Shown: positions 1 to 11,398 of the stretch, one piece after another | Position numbering within the stretch: position 1 is the first letter of the stretch | Layout: each line of letters starts with the position of its first letter | Assembly (NCBI RefSeq): GCF_900476375.1 | Contig: NZ_UPPP01000062.1 | Location: 8,651-72,650, forward strand | DNA: 64,000 nt | Source: Lucifera butyrica | Lineage (GTDB): Bacteria; Bacillota; Negativicutes; Sporomusales; UPPP01 | Reading direction: 5' to 3' | Made by a program: the position numbers and the translations under genes | The notes under the pieces: model-generated | Databases searched by the model: none | What the model saw: only the letters and a program-made list of their open reading frames with translations | Told to the model about the DNA's origin: nothing

Positions 1-419
1 ACATCAATAGTCCGGGGGGAGTGGTAACGGCGGGATTGGCCATTTATGACACTATGCAATATATCAAACCGGATGTTTCAACGATTTGCTTAGGTCAGGC
101 CGCCAGCATGGGTTCCTTGCTGCTAACTGCCGGGACGAAAGGCAAACGGTATGCTCTTCCCTATGCGCGGATCATGATCCATCAGCCGCATGGCGGGGCG
201 CAGGGCCAGGCTACGGATATCGAGATTCAAGCGAAAGAAATTCTCCGCTTGCGGGAAATCGGTAATGATATTCTGGCCCGGCATACCGGACAGCCAAAAG
301 AAAAAGTTCAACGGGATGTAGAACGTGATTTCTTTATGAATGCAGAAGAAGCAAAGGACTATGGTATTATTGATTCGCTTATAGTCCGGGGCGAAAGGCG
401 CAAAGAGACTCCCAAATAG
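1..419 (+). CDS. clpP: ATP-dependent Clp protease proteolytic subunit ClpP (5' truncated by window edge)
   Basis: Frame continues from base 3: [38 protein letters not shown]...[18 protein letters not shown]. This is the classic ClpP core with the catalytic Ser/His region and no upstream start in the window. Confidence 0.9.
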   Translation, partial: INSPGGVVTAGLAIYDTMQYIKPDVSTICLGQAASMGSLLLTAGTKGKRYALPYARIMIHQPHGGAQGQATDIEIQAKEILRLREIGNDILARHTGQPKEKVQRDVERDFFMNAEEAKDYGIIDSLIVRGERRKETPK

Positions 420-431
420 AGAGGTGAGGAC

Positions 432-1694
432 ATGTTAAAATTTGGGGATGACAGGGGCCAATTAAAATGTTCATTTTGTGGTAAGTTGCAGGAACAGGTG
501 AAGAAGCTGGTTGCCGGTCCGGGTGTCTATATTTGCGATGAATGCATTGAGCTTTGCAATGAGATTATTGAAGAAGAACTCAGTGAAGATGTTGAGCTGG
601 AACTGAGAGATGTCCCCAAGCCGAAGGAAATCAGAGATACTTTGGATCAGTACGTGATCGGACAGGATGAAGCGAAAAAAACGCTGGCAGTAGCCGTTTA
701 TAATCACTATAAACGGATTAATATGGGGACTAAGGCCGATGATGTTGAATTGCAGAAATCCAACATTGTTATGCTGGGACCCACAGGAAGCGGCAAAACA
801 TTGCTGGCCCAGACACTGGCCAAAATCCTCAATGTTCCTTTTGCGATTGCCGATGCCACATCGTTGACGGAAGCCGGTTATGTAGGCGAGGATGTGGAGA
901 ACATCCTGCTGAAATTAATTCAGGCTGCCGATTATGATGTGGAAAAGGCGGAAAAGGGAATTGTCTATATTGATGAAATTGACAAGATTGCCCGTAAATC
1001 GGAGAATCCATCCATAACGCGGGATGTTTCCGGTGAAGGCGTTCAGCAGGCGCTGCTTAAAATTTTGGAAGGAACCGTTGCCAGTGTGCCGCCGCAAGGA
1101 GGACGTAAACATCCGCATCAGGAGTTTATTCAAATTGACACCACCAATATTTTGTTTATTTGCGGTGGCGCTTTTGATGGGATTGATAAAATTATCAGTT
1201 CCCGTACAGGCAAGAAAACGATGGGATTCGGAGCGGATATAAAGAGCCGGGAAAAGAAAAAAGTCGGCGAGATTCTTCGGAATATTTTACCCGAGGATTT
1301 GCTTAAATTTGGATTGATCCCCGAGTTTGTCGGCCGGCTGCCGGTGATTGTTACGTTAGATGCGCTGGACGAGGATTCTTTGGTTCGCATTTTGGTTGAA
1401 CCTAAGAATGCGCTGGTAAAACAATACCAGAAATTCATGGAATTGGATAACGTTCAGTTAGAATTTAAAGACGATGCGTTGAAGGCGATTGCCGGCGAAG
1501 CCTTGAAACGGAATACGGGCGCCCGGGGGCTGCGGTCTATTATTGAAGGGATTATGCGCAATGTTATGTATGAGATTCCTTCCCGGACCGACATAACGAA
1601 ATGTATTGTTACTAAAGAAGTGGTCGTAAATAAAGAAGAACCCATTTTGGTAGCAGCAGACCGCAAAGCCAAGAAAAAAGAAGAATCAGCTTAA
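432..1694 (+). CDS. clpX: ATP-dependent Clp protease ATP-binding subunit ClpX
   Basis: N-terminal C4 zinc finger (CSFCGK...CDEC), Walker A GPTGSGKT, and the ClpX IGF-loop region [18 protein letters not shown]. Confidence 0.95.
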   Translation: MLKFGDDRGQLKCSFCGKLQEQVKKLVAGPGVYICDECIELCNEIIEEELSEDVELELRDVPKPKEIRDTLDQYVIGQDEAKKTLAVAVYNHYKRINMGTKADDVELQKSNIVMLGPTGSGKTLLAQTLAKILNVPFAIADATSLTEAGYVGEDVENILLKLIQAADYDVEKAEKGIVYIDEIDKIARKSENPSITRDVSGEGVQQALLKILEGTVASVPPQGGRKHPHQEFIQIDTTNILFICGGAFDGIDKIISSRTGKKTMGFGADIKSREKKKVGEILRNILPEDLLKFGLIPEFVGRLPVIVTLDALDEDSLVRILVEPKNALVKQYQKFMELDNVQLEFKDDALKAIAGEALKRNTGARGLRSIIEGIMRNVMYEIPSRTDITKCIVTKEVVVNKEEPILVAADRKAKKKEESA

Positions 1695-1837
1695 AAATGG
1701 AGGGATTTACCTCCATTTTTTTTTGCCTTTTATAGCGGGACTGCCGCTTATTACCAGGATAAAATTAGATTGTCGGCCCATACTATCAATACAATAAAAT
1801 AGTAGATAATTGCTGTGGAAAGGGGGTTTGAAGCAAA

Positions 1838-3520
1838 GTGGACTATGCTGTTAATATTATTAGTCTGATCCAAGTATTTTTTGCGATCGTAATTGGTTTG
1901 TACTTTTGGAATTTATTACGTTCGCAACAGGGAAACCGGGTTGCCGTAGAAAAAGAATCCAAAAAGGAAATGGACCGGTTGCAGCGGCTGCGGGAAATAT
2001 CATTAACGGAACCATTGTCGGAGAAAACACGTCCTTCCACATTTTCTGAGATTATCGGTCAGGAGGAGGGATTAAAAGCGTTACGGGCGGCGCTTTGCGG
2101 GCCGAATCCACAGCATGTTTTGGTATATGGGCCGCCCGGTATTGGCAAGACGGCAGCAGCCAGGTTAATTTTAGAGGAAGCAAAAAGTAATCCGCTGTCA
2201 CCCTTTGGGACAGAAGCAAAATTTATTGAGATGGATGCCAACATAGCCCGGTTTGATGAACGCGGGATTGCCGATCCCTTGATTGGTACGGTACATGATC
2301 CAATTTATCAGGGGGCCGGGGCAATGGGAGTGGCCGGTATTCCCCAGCCTAAGCCGGGAGCTGTTACCAAAGCTCATGGCGGCATTTTATTTCTGGATGA
2401 GATTGGGGAATTGCATCATATCCAAATGAATAAACTGCTGAAGGTGCTGGAAGACCGGAAAGTATTTCTCGAAAGTTCCTATTATAATAGTGAAGATACC
2501 AACATCCCTACACATATTCATGATATTTTCCAGAAGGGGCTGCCGGCCGATTTCCGGCTGGTAGGAGCGACAACGCGGACGCCGCAGGAAATTCCACCGG
2601 CCATCCGTTCCCGGTGTGTAGAAATTTTCTTTCGCTCCTTATTGCCGGACGAAGTCGGGAGCATCGCGCAAAACGCGGTAAAAAAGATTGATTGCACAAT
2701 GGAAGAAGCCGCGCTGGATGTAATTAAACGCTATGCAACGAACGGGCGGGAAGCAGTCAATATGGTTCAGATTGCTGCGGGAATTGCCATGAATAATAAG
2801 AATCGATGCATTACCCGGACCGATATGGAATGGGTCGTTAACTTTGGCCAATATGCGCCGCGTCCCGAGAAAAAAATTCCACCTAAACCGCAAGTCGGTT
2901 TTGTTAACGGACTGGCCGTTTATGGACCCAATATGGGAACCATGATGGAAATTGAGGTTTCGGCTATGCCGAATCCTTATAATACGGGTAAATTTATTGT
3001 GACCGGGGTTGTGGATGAGGAAGAAATCGGCGCGTCGGGGCGGACTATGCGGCGAAAAAGCATGGCCAAGGCTTCGGTGGACAATGTACTTACGGTATTG
3101 CAGAATTATAAACAAATTGATTTACGAAAATATGATATTCATGTTAATTTTCCCGGTGGCGGACCGATAGACGGTCCTTCAGCCGGAATTACGGTGGCCA
3201 GTGCTATTTACTCCGCGATTTCTAAAATTCCTGTAGACAATACGGTGGCAATGACCGGGGAAATTTCCATCCGGGGGCTGGTTAAACCGGTTGGCGGTGT
3301 TACTGCCAAAATTGAAGCGGCTAAACAGGCCGGAGCCCGCAAGGTGATTATTCCGAAAGAAAATTGGCAGGAAATGTACCGGGGACTGGATATCGAAGTA
3401 GTCGGTGTGGAAAATATCGACGAAGTTTTTAAACACGCGTTGCTGGAAAATAATGAAAAGGTGCATCTGGGGGTCGTTGTGCCACAACACGACCTGTTAA
3501 CGGCAGCCGGAGTCAATTAA
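1838..3520 (+). CDS. lonB: Lon-like ATP-dependent protease LonB (sporulation-type, membrane anchored)
   Basis: N-terminal hydrophobic segment, AAA domain (GPPGIGKT), and C-terminal Lon protease domain ([18 protein letters not shown]). Length and N-terminus resemble Bacillus LonB; position clpX-lonB-lon-engB matches Bacillus synteny. Confidence 0.85.
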   Translation: MDYAVNIISLIQVFFAIVIGLYFWNLLRSQQGNRVAVEKESKKEMDRLQRLREISLTEPLSEKTRPSTFSEIIGQEEGLKALRAALCGPNPQHVLVYGPPGIGKTAAARLILEEAKSNPLSPFGTEAKFIEMDANIARFDERGIADPLIGTVHDPIYQGAGAMGVAGIPQPKPGAVTKAHGGILFLDEIGELHHIQMNKLLKVLEDRKVFLESSYYNSEDTNIPTHIHDIFQKGLPADFRLVGATTRTPQEIPPAIRSRCVEIFFRSLLPDEVGSIAQNAVKKIDCTMEEAALDVIKRYATNGREAVNMVQIAAGIAMNNKNRCITRTDMEWVVNFGQYAPRPEKKIPPKPQVGFVNGLAVYGPNMGTMMEIEVSAMPNPYNTGKFIVTGVVDEEEIGASGRTMRRKSMAKASVDNVLTVLQNYKQIDLRKYDIHVNFPGGGPIDGPSAGITVASAIYSAISKIPVDNTVAMTGEISIRGLVKPVGGVTAKIEAAKQAGARKVIIPKENWQEMYRGLDIEVVGVENIDEVFKHALLENNEKVHLGVVVPQHDLLTAAGVN

Positions 3521-3697
3521 AAGCAAAACGGATGGGAACGGATGAAATTTGTTCCCATCCGTTTTTTGTTATAGTTTCACTAGCGCTCTTTCTTCACCGG
3601 ATGGCGGAAGGATTTTGTAATTAGCGTTAAGAATATTTATAAATACAGAAGTTGAAACTAAAGAAAGACGACAACGAAATTAAGGGGGCCGCATTGC

Positions 3698-6019
3698 ATG
3701 TCTAAACATCGTCGCAAAATACCGCTATTGCCGCTTCGGGGCATTTTAGTTTTTCCATATATGATCATCCATTTGGATGTGGGACGCGAAAAATCAATCA
3801 GCGCATTAGAAGAAGCAATGGTTCATGACCGTCTTATCATGCTGGCGACACAAAAGGAAGCTCAAAATGACAAGCCCGAACCGGAAGATATTTTCCCGGT
3901 CGGTACGGTCGCTGAAATCAAACAATTGTTAAAACTTCCCGGCGGAACAATCCGGGTGCTGGTGGAAGGATTACACCGGGCTTCGATTGAAGAGTATGTC
4001 AGTCAGGAGCTGTTTTATCTGGTTGAAATTAACGAATTTGATGAGCTGGAGCCCAAAACGCCGGAACTGGAGGCCCTGACGCGGACATCGATTCATCAGT
4101 TCGAGCAATGGGTGAAATTAAGCAAAAAAATTCCGCCGGAAACTCTGGTTTCGGTGGTGGTCGTGGAAGAACCCGGCCGGCTGTCGGATTTAATTGCCAG
4201 TCACTTGTCGCTCAAAATTGAAGATAAGCAGGCCCTGCTGGAAGCTGTTAACATTAAAGAGCGGCTGGAAAAATTATGCGAAATTCTTAGCCGGGAAATG
4301 GAAATTCTGGAACTGGAAAAGAAGATTAATGTCCGGGTTCGCAAGCAGATGGAAAAAACGCAAAAGGAATATTATTTGCGGGAACAACTGAAAGCCATTC
4401 AGAAAGAATTGGGCGATAAGGACGACCGGACCAGTGAAGTGGAAGAATACCGGCAGCGTCTAAGCGAACAGGAATTACCCAAAGAAGTGGCTGAAAAAAT
4501 AAATAAAGAAATTGAGCGCCTGGAAAAAATGCCGCCCATGGTGGCCGAAGGAGCGGTTATCCGTACATACCTTGACTGGCTCCTGGCATTGCCCTGGTCG
4601 CAGGAAACGCCCGACCGGCTGGATATTTCCATGGCGGAGACAATTCTGGAAGAAGATCATTACGGGCTGGAAAAGGTTAAAGAACGGATTCTGGAATATC
4701 TGTCCATACGGAAGCTGACGGAAAAAATGAAGGGCCCCATTCTTTGTCTGGTCGGACCGCCGGGAGTTGGTAAAACATCCCTCGCCCGCTCCATTGCACG
4801 GGCTATGGAACGCAAGTTTGTCCGGGTTTCCCTGGGCGGTGTGCGTGATGAAGCGGAAATTCGGGGTCACCGCCGCACTTACGTAGGCGCGCTGCCGGGA
4901 AGGATCATCCAGGGGATGCGCACTGTAGGCTCTAAAAATCCGGTTTTTCTTCTCGATGAAATTGATAAAATGAACGCTGACTTCCGGGGAGATCCGTCGT
5001 CGGCTTTGCTGGAAGTTCTCGATCCGGAACAAAATAATTCGTTCAGCGATCACTACGTGGAATTGCCTTTTGATCTTTCCCGCGTTTTGTGGGTAGTTAC
5101 GGCCAATGTAATGCATAACATTCCCCGGCCGTTGCTTGACCGCATGGAGACAATTACCATCGCCGGCTATACGGAAGAAGAAAAGGTACAGATTGCCAAA
5201 CGTTATTTAGTGCCGAAGCAGATGAAAGACCATGGTCTTTCGGAACAGCAAATTGTTTTTTCCGAAGGAACGATTCAGAAAGTAATCCGGGACTATACCC
5301 GGGAAGCCGGAGTGCGGAACCTGGAGCGGAATATTGCCAACTTATGCCGCAAAGTAGCCCGGCAAATTGTGCAAGAACGCCGGAAAAGCGTTAAAATTAC
5401 GGCGCAAAATCTGCATACTTTTTTGGGTGCGCCCAAATACCGCCATTCCCAGGCGGAAAAGCAGCACCAGGTAGGAGTTGCCACCGGCCTGGCCTGGACC
5501 GAAGTGGGCGGCGACGTGCTTGCCGTGGAAGTATCCACCATGAAAGGCAAAGGGAAACTTACCCTGACCGGCCAATTGGGAGAAGTCATGCGGGAGTCGG
5601 CGCAGGCCGGTTTCAGTTATATCCGGACCCGGGCCAAAGAGCTGAGTATTGACGAAGAATTTTATGAAAAAACGGATATCCATATTCATTTACCGGAAGG
5701 AGCGATTCCCAAAGACGGGCCGTCCGCCGGTATTACGATGGCCACGGCGGTAGCCTCCGCTTTAACCGGGAAGCCGGTACGCAGTGAGATTGCCATGACC
5801 GGTGAGATTACTTTGCGGGGCAGAGTATTGCCTGTGGGGGGAATCAAAGAAAAAGTGCTGGCCGCTCACCGGATTGGTATCAAGAAGATTATATTGCCCC
5901 AGGAAAATAAACGGGATTTGGATGAAATCCCCGGTAATGTGCGCCGCAGTATGGAATTTCTTTTAGTAGAACATATGGATGAAGTATTAAAAGCGGCATT
6001 GGTGCATGAGAATGACTGA
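3698..6019 (+). CDS. lon: ATP-dependent protease La (Lon)
   Basis: Lon N-domain, AAA+ module (GPPGVGKTS), and proteolytic domain with catalytic Ser ([18 protein letters not shown]). 773 aa. Confidence 0.95.
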   Translation: MSKHRRKIPLLPLRGILVFPYMIIHLDVGREKSISALEEAMVHDRLIMLATQKEAQNDKPEPEDIFPVGTVAEIKQLLKLPGGTIRVLVEGLHRASIEEYVSQELFYLVEINEFDELEPKTPELEALTRTSIHQFEQWVKLSKKIPPETLVSVVVVEEPGRLSDLIASHLSLKIEDKQALLEAVNIKERLEKLCEILSREMEILELEKKINVRVRKQMEKTQKEYYLREQLKAIQKELGDKDDRTSEVEEYRQRLSEQELPKEVAEKINKEIERLEKMPPMVAEGAVIRTYLDWLLALPWSQETPDRLDISMAETILEEDHYGLEKVKERILEYLSIRKLTEKMKGPILCLVGPPGVGKTSLARSIARAMERKFVRVSLGGVRDEAEIRGHRRTYVGALPGRIIQGMRTVGSKNPVFLLDEIDKMNADFRGDPSSALLEVLDPEQNNSFSDHYVELPFDLSRVLWVVTANVMHNIPRPLLDRMETITIAGYTEEEKVQIAKRYLVPKQMKDHGLSEQQIVFSEGTIQKVIRDYTREAGVRNLERNIANLCRKVARQIVQERRKSVKITAQNLHTFLGAPKYRHSQAEKQHQVGVATGLAWTEVGGDVLAVEVSTMKGKGKLTLTGQLGEVMRESAQAGFSYIRTRAKELSIDEEFYEKTDIHIHLPEGAIPKDGPSAGITMATAVASALTGKPVRSEIAMTGEITLRGRVLPVGGIKEKVLAAHRIGIKKIILPQENKRDLDEIPGNVRRSMEFLLVEHMDEVLKAALVHEND

Positions 6020-6641
6020 AGAGAAGGCGGATTTCACGATTATTCAGGCCAAGTATTTGGCGTCGGCAGTCCGGCCGGATCAGTATCCGGCGGGGGATTG
6101 GCAGGAAATTTCTTTTATCGGCCGCTCCAATGTAGGCAAGTCCTCGCTCATTAACTCCCTTTGCCGGCATCATGGGTTAGCCCGCGTGAGCGGAACCCCC
6201 GGCAAGACGCAGACCATAAACTTTTATGTTTTAACTGCTAAATTAGCGGACGAAAAACGGCTGGACTTCTTGCTGGTCGACCTTCCCGGCTATGGATATG
6301 CCCGCACGGGTCAGGCCAACCGGCGCCAATGGTCGAGATTTATTGAAGAATATTTGCTCTATTCACCCCGGCTGCGTCTCATTTGCCAGTTGATTGATAT
6401 TCGGCACCATCCCATGGACAGTGATATTATGGTGCATCAGTGGTTAACGGAAAATAACCTGCCGGTTCAGATTATGGCTACCAAAGCGGATAAGCTGTCT
6501 CGCTCGCAAGTGAAAAAGCAGAGTACGGTCATCCGGGATGTTTTTTCCCAATCAAACAGCAATCCGATTGCTTATTCTTCTGTCCAGGGCACCGGCCGGG
6601 ACGAATTAGTTGACGCAATCAGGAAAGTTTTGCTAAAATGA
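6006..6641 (+). CDS. engB: ribosome biogenesis GTP-binding protein EngB/YsxC
   Basis: G1 motif [23 protein letters not shown]3 region, TKADK G4. Follows lon as in Bacillus. Confidence 0.9.
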   Translation: MRMTEEKADFTIIQAKYLASAVRPDQYPAGDWQEISFIGRSNVGKSSLINSLCRHHGLARVSGTPGKTQTINFYVLTAKLADEKRLDFLLVDLPGYGYARTGQANRRQWSRFIEEYLLYSPRLRLICQLIDIRHHPMDSDIMVHQWLTENNLPVQIMATKADKLSRSQVKKQSTVIRDVFSQSNSNPIAYSSVQGTGRDELVDAIRKVLLK

Positions 6642-6705
6642 TTACAATAGCGAAGGGACAGTATCCATACTGTCCCTTTCCTTGCAGTAATTAAAGGAGT
6701 AGATT

Positions 6706-7155
6706 ATGCTAAGCCTCTTCGACAAACAACTATTGAATCGAATTCAAACCGGGTTGCCCTTTGACAATAGACCCTTTGCCGTGTTAGCCGAGAAGTTGGG
6801 AACGGATGAAGCCACAGTGATTGAGCGGTTGCAATGGCTAAAGGAGCACGGATACATTCGGCGGGTCGGACCTTTTTTTGATTCGGCCAAACTTGGCTAT
6901 ACCGGCACCTTGGTGGCGGTAAAAGTAGCAGCAGAGAAAATGAAGGCGGTGGCGGAAAGTATTAACCGTTACCCTGGTGTAACGCATAATTATGAGCGGG
7001 AAGGAAGATTTAATCTTTGGTTTGCGCTGCTATCGCCGAACCAGGCGGCACAGGATAAAATTCTGCAGGAAGTGCGCTGTTTGAATGGTGTAGAACAATT
7101 GATTAGTTTACCGGCCACGAAAAAATTTAAAGTCAGTGTTCAGTTTACCCTTTGA
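6706..7155 (+). CDS. Lrp/AsnC-fold protein of the siroheme decarboxylase AhbA/NirD-L type
   Basis: 149 aa. N-terminal HTH (LLNRIQTGLPFDNRPFAVLAEKLG) and C-terminal RAM-like domain; paired with a paralog immediately downstream as in AhbA/AhbB. Confidence 0.55.
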   Translation: MLSLFDKQLLNRIQTGLPFDNRPFAVLAEKLGTDEATVIERLQWLKEHGYIRRVGPFFDSAKLGYTGTLVAVKVAAEKMKAVAESINRYPGVTHNYEREGRFNLWFALLSPNQAAQDKILQEVRCLNGVEQLISLPATKKFKVSVQFTL

Positions 7156-7170
7156 GAGGTGCAGTAAAGT

Positions 7171-7653
7171 ATGGATGAAATGGATAAAAAAATTGTTATT
7201 GCCATGCAGGACGATTTTCCTTTGTGCGCTGATCCTTACCAGCAAATCGCAGCCAAAATCGGTATCGGCGAAGAGGAACTGTTACGGCGCTTAAAACGGC
7301 AATTTGCCGAAGGAAAAATACGTAAAATGGGTGCCGTACTACAGCACCGGGAGGTCGGTTTTGCCGCCAATGCCCTCTGTGTCTGGGTAGTGCCGGAAGA
7401 ACGGCTGGAGGAGGTAGGACGAAGCATGGCCGCATGTTCTGCTGTTACGCATTGCTATTCACGCATTCCTGTGCCGGAATGGCCATACAATTTTTATGTG
7501 ATGATTCATGCCCGGACGCGTAAGGAATGCGAAGCCATGGTCGCCGAACTAAGCAGAAAGACCGGTTTGGACAACTACGATATGTTGTTTAGCACCCGGG
7601 AATGGAAAAAAACAAGTATGCGATATTTTCGGGAGGTAGGGAAAAATGCTTAG
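7171..7653 (+). CDS. Lrp/AsnC-fold protein, AhbB/NirG-H-like partner subunit
   Basis: 160 aa, with the same fold signature as the upstream gene (DDFPLCADPYQQIAAKIG...). Tandem paralogs are typical of siroheme decarboxylase. Confidence 0.55.
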   Translation: MDEMDKKIVIAMQDDFPLCADPYQQIAAKIGIGEEELLRRLKRQFAEGKIRKMGAVLQHREVGFAANALCVWVVPEERLEEVGRSMAACSAVTHCYSRIPVPEWPYNFYVMIHARTRKECEAMVAELSRKTGLDNYDMLFSTREWKKTSMRYFREVGKNA

Positions 7654-8557
7654 AAATTTTGCGGCCGTGTTGGATGCGGTACGCGGCATGCCTCCAAGGC
7701 GCGTAGCCGTGGCTGTGGCTCAGGATGATGCGGTTCTGGAAGCCATTAAAGCGGCTCAAGAGGAAAAAATAGCTGATTTTGTGCTGATTGGCGATAGGGT
7801 GAAAATTGAGAAGGCCGCAGCCGGGTTAAATATTGACTTACGGGGACTGGAAATTGTCAACGAACCGGATGACCGTCAGGCGGCCTATCAGGCGGTTGCT
7901 CTGGTATCCCGCGGACAGGCCGATGTCCTCATGAAAGGACTGATCAATACCGCCGATTTACTGCGAGCTGTTTTAGACAAGGAAATAGGGTTAAGAACCG
8001 GACGGGTTCTCAGTCATGCCGCTGTTTTTGACGTTCCCGGTTTTGACCGGCTGGTTATGGTTACGGACGGCGGGATGAATATTGTGCCGACACTGCAGCA
8101 AAAGGCCGAGATTATTCAAAACAGTGTTATGCTGGCGGCTGCACTCGGACTACGGCCGGCTAAAGTAGCCGTACTGGCTGCGGTAGAAGTCATTAATCCC
8201 GATATGCCGGCTACGCTGGAGGCGGCGGCATTGGCCAAGATGGCGGACCGGGGGCAGATAAAAGGAGCCATCGTGGATGGCCCGCTGGCTCTTGACAATG
8301 CCATTAGTCTGGAGGCGGCCAGACATAAGGGAATCAAGAGCGCCGTAGCCGGCTGCGCGGATATTTTGCTGGTGCCGGATATCGAAGCAGGCAATCTCTT
8401 AGGTAAATCGCTCGTTTATTTCGCCGGCGGTAAAATTGCCGGCCTGGTATTGGGAGCGGCCAAACCGGTTGTCGTGACATCGCGGGCCGATTCTCCCGAA
8501 GCCAAGTTAATGTCCATTGCCATGGGCGCCTTATTAGGCCGGGGCGTCGACCAATAA
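7646..8557 (+). CDS. ptb: phosphate acyltransferase (phosphate butyryltransferase / phosphotransacetylase family, Ptb-like)
   Basis: 303 aa, Pta/Ptb fold (VAVAVAQDDAVLEAIKAAQEEKIADFVLIGD...VTDGGMNIVP). Sits upstream of a branched-chain-type 2-oxoacid:ferredoxin oxidoreductase. Confidence 0.65.
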   Translation: MLRNFAAVLDAVRGMPPRRVAVAVAQDDAVLEAIKAAQEEKIADFVLIGDRVKIEKAAAGLNIDLRGLEIVNEPDDRQAAYQAVALVSRGQADVLMKGLINTADLLRAVLDKEIGLRTGRVLSHAAVFDVPGFDRLVMVTDGGMNIVPTLQQKAEIIQNSVMLAAALGLRPAKVAVLAAVEVINPDMPATLEAAALAKMADRGQIKGAIVDGPLALDNAISLEAARHKGIKSAVAGCADILLVPDIEAGNLLGKSLVYFAGGKIAGLVLGAAKPVVVTSRADSPEAKLMSIAMGALLGRGVDQ

Positions 8558-8806
8558 GACGCAGTGGTTACCCATTCGTAGTGCAAAATGAATAGTAATT
8601 TTACATTGGAAGGTGAAACCCGCTGGTGGTTTACCTTCTTCTTTTTTTGCCAAATACTAATTTTCCATTACCAAAACCCTGCGCTGCAGTGTTTTGAAGG
8701 ATTAAAATCTAGCAATTGGTAAAAATAGAACAGGCAGAGTATAAAAATGCAGGCATTTTTTCTCTACCTACATAAGGAGAAGCAGAAACATCTGGGAGGT
8801 GCTTTT

Positions 8807-9880
8807 ATGGCCGAAGTATCACTGCAAGGTGAACAAAGAGTTTTTATGACCGGCAACGAAGTGGTTGCCTGGGCTGCCCTGGCGGCTAATGTCGATATTA
8901 TGTATGGTTATCCGATTACGCCGCAAAATGAGATCATGCATTATTGGACACGATTGGCGCCCAAATATGGAAAGCGATTTTTGCAGGTCGAGGATGAAAT
9001 CTCAGCCGGTTTCACGACTCTGGGCGGCGTTCTTTCCGGACGGAAAGCGTTTACAGCTACCGCCGGACCCGGTAATGTGCTGATGCAGGAGTCAGCCGGC
9101 ATGGCTGAAATGATGCGGTTGCCCATTGTCTATGTGATCCAACAGCGTGGGGGGCCGTCTACAGCCACTGTAATTTATTCGCAACAGGAAACGACACTTA
9201 CAACCTTTGGCGGCAATGGCGAGGGGCACCGGATTGTATACTCTACCGCAACGCATCAGGAATTGTTCGACTACACGGTGAAAGCTTTTAATTCCGCCTG
9301 GACCTATCGTTTTCCGACCTTTGTCCTGGGGGACGGTTATCAGGCGAAGATGCGGGAGCCGCTTACCATTTATAATCCCGGGGAGCGGGGAATCGAGCTG
9401 GTCAACCCGGAGACAATTCTTGGTGATACCAGTCCTGGCAAACAATTCAGACATCTCCGTAATACCTATAATACGGAAGATGAGTTGTATAGCGTAGTAA
9501 TGAAACATCAACGGGAATGGGAAGAGATGGCTCCCAAGGTGGTGGAATGGGATACCATGGGGTGTGAGGATGCCGAAATTGTGGTTGTCTGCCACGGTGT
9601 AGTGGCCCGGGCTGCCCGCAGCGCCTGCGACCAACTGCGGGCCCGGGGACGCAAAGTGGGTTTTTTCCGTCCGGTCACCCTGCGGCCGTTTCCGGCGGAA
9701 CAGCTTAGAGCAGTGCTTGGGCACGCCGGGAAAATGGTAGTGGCGGAATCCGCTTACGGGCAGTTGCTTAAACTGGTTCAGACGGCTATTTTCGGCAGTA
9801 CCATTCCTATTGTTCCCATGCTGCGGCCGGGGGTCGGTATTACTACCGAGGAAATTGTGGAAGTAATCAGTACATTATAG
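8807..9880 (+). CDS. 2-oxoacid:ferredoxin oxidoreductase alpha subunit (VorB/KorA-like)
   Basis: MTGNEVVAWAALAANVDIMYGYPITPQNEI is the typical N-terminus of pyruvate/ketoisovalerate oxidoreductase alpha subunits. Start moved to the ATG behind a GGGAGGTG RBS. Confidence 0.8.
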   Translation: MAEVSLQGEQRVFMTGNEVVAWAALAANVDIMYGYPITPQNEIMHYWTRLAPKYGKRFLQVEDEISAGFTTLGGVLSGRKAFTATAGPGNVLMQESAGMAEMMRLPIVYVIQQRGGPSTATVIYSQQETTLTTFGGNGEGHRIVYSTATHQELFDYTVKAFNSAWTYRFPTFVLGDGYQAKMREPLTIYNPGERGIELVNPETILGDTSPGKQFRHLRNTYNTEDELYSVVMKHQREWEEMAPKVVEWDTMGCEDAEIVVVCHGVVARAARSACDQLRARGRKVGFFRPVTLRPFPAEQLRAVLGHAGKMVVAESAYGQLLKLVQTAIFGSTIPIVPMLRPGVGITTEEIVEVISTL

Positions 9881-9896
9881 ACAGGAGGATTCAAGT

Positions 9897-10667
9897 ATGC
9901 AGGAGCTTATGGAAGACAACATTCTGCAACCGGCAATGCCCAGTTGCTGGTACGAGGAAACAAAACCGCATAAATTTTGCCCCGGCTGCGGTCACGGCAT
10001 TATTTTGAAAGCCCTTGGCGAAGCTGTCGATGAACTGGGGATCAAAGATAGAATGGTGTTTGGCTGTGATATTGGCTGTTCGCTTCTTTCCTGGGATTTT
10101 TTCGCGGTGGACAGTGTGCAGACCCATCATGGCAGGACAACTCCGGTGATAACCGGGATGAAACGGGCCAATCCGGATTTAATCGGAGTGGCTTATATGG
10201 GAGACGGCGGCGGGTACGCGATCGGTTCCCAGCACTTATTTAACGCGGCCGTGCGGAACGAACGGATTACCATTATCTTATGCAACAACTGCAACTACGG
10301 GATGACGGGCGGGCAAATGGCACCGACTACGCTACCGGGTATGAAGACGGAAACGACACCCTATGGACGGGATCCGGACCAGACGGGGGCGCCGACGAAA
10401 GGGCCGGAGATGGTTGCTGCCGTTGCCCCCGAAGGGGCTTATGTTGCCAGGGGAACCATTGCCAATATACGTCAGATGAAAGGGTTTCTAAAAAAAGCGC
10501 TGGAAAACCAAATGGCCGGCAACGGAATTTCCTTTGTGGAATGTTTATCCAGCTGTCCGACAAACTGGCGCACGAATGCCAAACAAACCTGGGAATTCGT
10601 TGAAAAAGACATGACGCAGTTTTTTAAAGTTGGCGAATTGCGTCTGCCGCAGGCAAAGGAGGGCTGA
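9897..10667 (+). CDS. 2-oxoacid:ferredoxin oxidoreductase beta subunit (TPP-binding)
   Basis: CPGCGHGIILKALGEAV and the GDGGGYAIG TPP-binding motif. Confidence 0.85.
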   Translation: MQELMEDNILQPAMPSCWYEETKPHKFCPGCGHGIILKALGEAVDELGIKDRMVFGCDIGCSLLSWDFFAVDSVQTHHGRTTPVITGMKRANPDLIGVAYMGDGGGYAIGSQHLFNAAVRNERITIILCNNCNYGMTGGQMAPTTLPGMKTETTPYGRDPDQTGAPTKGPEMVAAVAPEGAYVARGTIANIRQMKGFLKKALENQMAGNGISFVECLSSCPTNWRTNAKQTWEFVEKDMTQFFKVGELRLPQAKEG

Positions 10668-10669
10668 TC

Positions 10670-11386
10670 ATGGGAAATGTCATAAAAATTGCATTAGCCG
10701 GCGAAGGGGGACAGGGAGTCCAGTCCATAGCGGAAATACTGGCGGAAGCAGCCAATGAAGAAGGCAAAAATGCCTTATATATTCCTAACTTCGGCGTCGA
10801 ACAGCGCGGCGGAGTATCCATTGCCTTTGTTCAAATCAGCGACGGAGAAATCGGGGCGCCGAAGTTTCAAAAGGCGGATATTTTAGTTCCCCTGAGCCCC
10901 CGGTCGGTAAAGCGGACTCAAATGTATGCCGGCAAAAATACGGTGTACATTTATGACAATTCGCTGGTTGCGGAAGGGGAAGTCGGCGACAGCATTGTGG
11001 GTCTGCAGTATTTTGATGTGACGCCGCCGTGTCCGGCAGCGGCTGAGCCGAATAAGGATTTACAGCAGGATCTGATTGACGGGGAACCGAAGACTTGCTC
11101 CTTTACCCGGCCGGGGCCGGGAGTAAACCCTGGCGACATTCCCGCCGTGAAAAAGGTAATTGCCATTCCTGCCAACGATATTGCCAAGACGGACCTGCAT
11201 CCCCGGGTATTTAACATTATTATTTTGGGGGCCGTCATAGCTGCCACGGAAGTTCTGCCTCTCGACACCATTAAGAAAGCATTGGAGGCTAAGCTGGGCT
11301 ATAAGTTTAAAGACAACCCCAAATTGCGGGAAATGAATTTTGCCGCGTTAGAACGCGGTTACCGTCTGATTAAGAGCGCAATGTAA
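10670..11386 (+). CDS. 2-oxoacid:ferredoxin oxidoreductase gamma subunit
   Basis: IALAGEGGQGVQSIAEILAEAANEEGKNALYIPNFGVEQRGG is the gamma-subunit signature. Operon context. Confidence 0.8.
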   Translation: MGNVIKIALAGEGGQGVQSIAEILAEAANEEGKNALYIPNFGVEQRGGVSIAFVQISDGEIGAPKFQKADILVPLSPRSVKRTQMYAGKNTVYIYDNSLVAEGEVGDSIVGLQYFDVTPPCPAAAEPNKDLQQDLIDGEPKTCSFTRPGPGVNPGDIPAVKKVIAIPANDIAKTDLHPRVFNIIILGAVIAATEVLPLDTIKKALEAKLGYKFKDNPKLREMNFAALERGYRLIKSAM

Positions 11387-11398
11387 GGAGGGGACAAT

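Noticed and set aside
4475-5116. 213-aa minus-strand ORF inside lon, and the many 60-160-aa antisense ORFs inside clpX, lonB, carB, fhs, glnA, GS-III, etc.
   Set aside because: Shadow ORFs within strongly supported genes on the opposite strand or alternate frame. No independent signals.
10280-10603. 107-aa plus-strand ORF overlapping the oxidoreductase beta subunit
   Set aside because: Alternate-frame ORF with Arg/Gly-rich, GC-skew-driven composition; the beta subunit frame carries the conserved TPP motifs.
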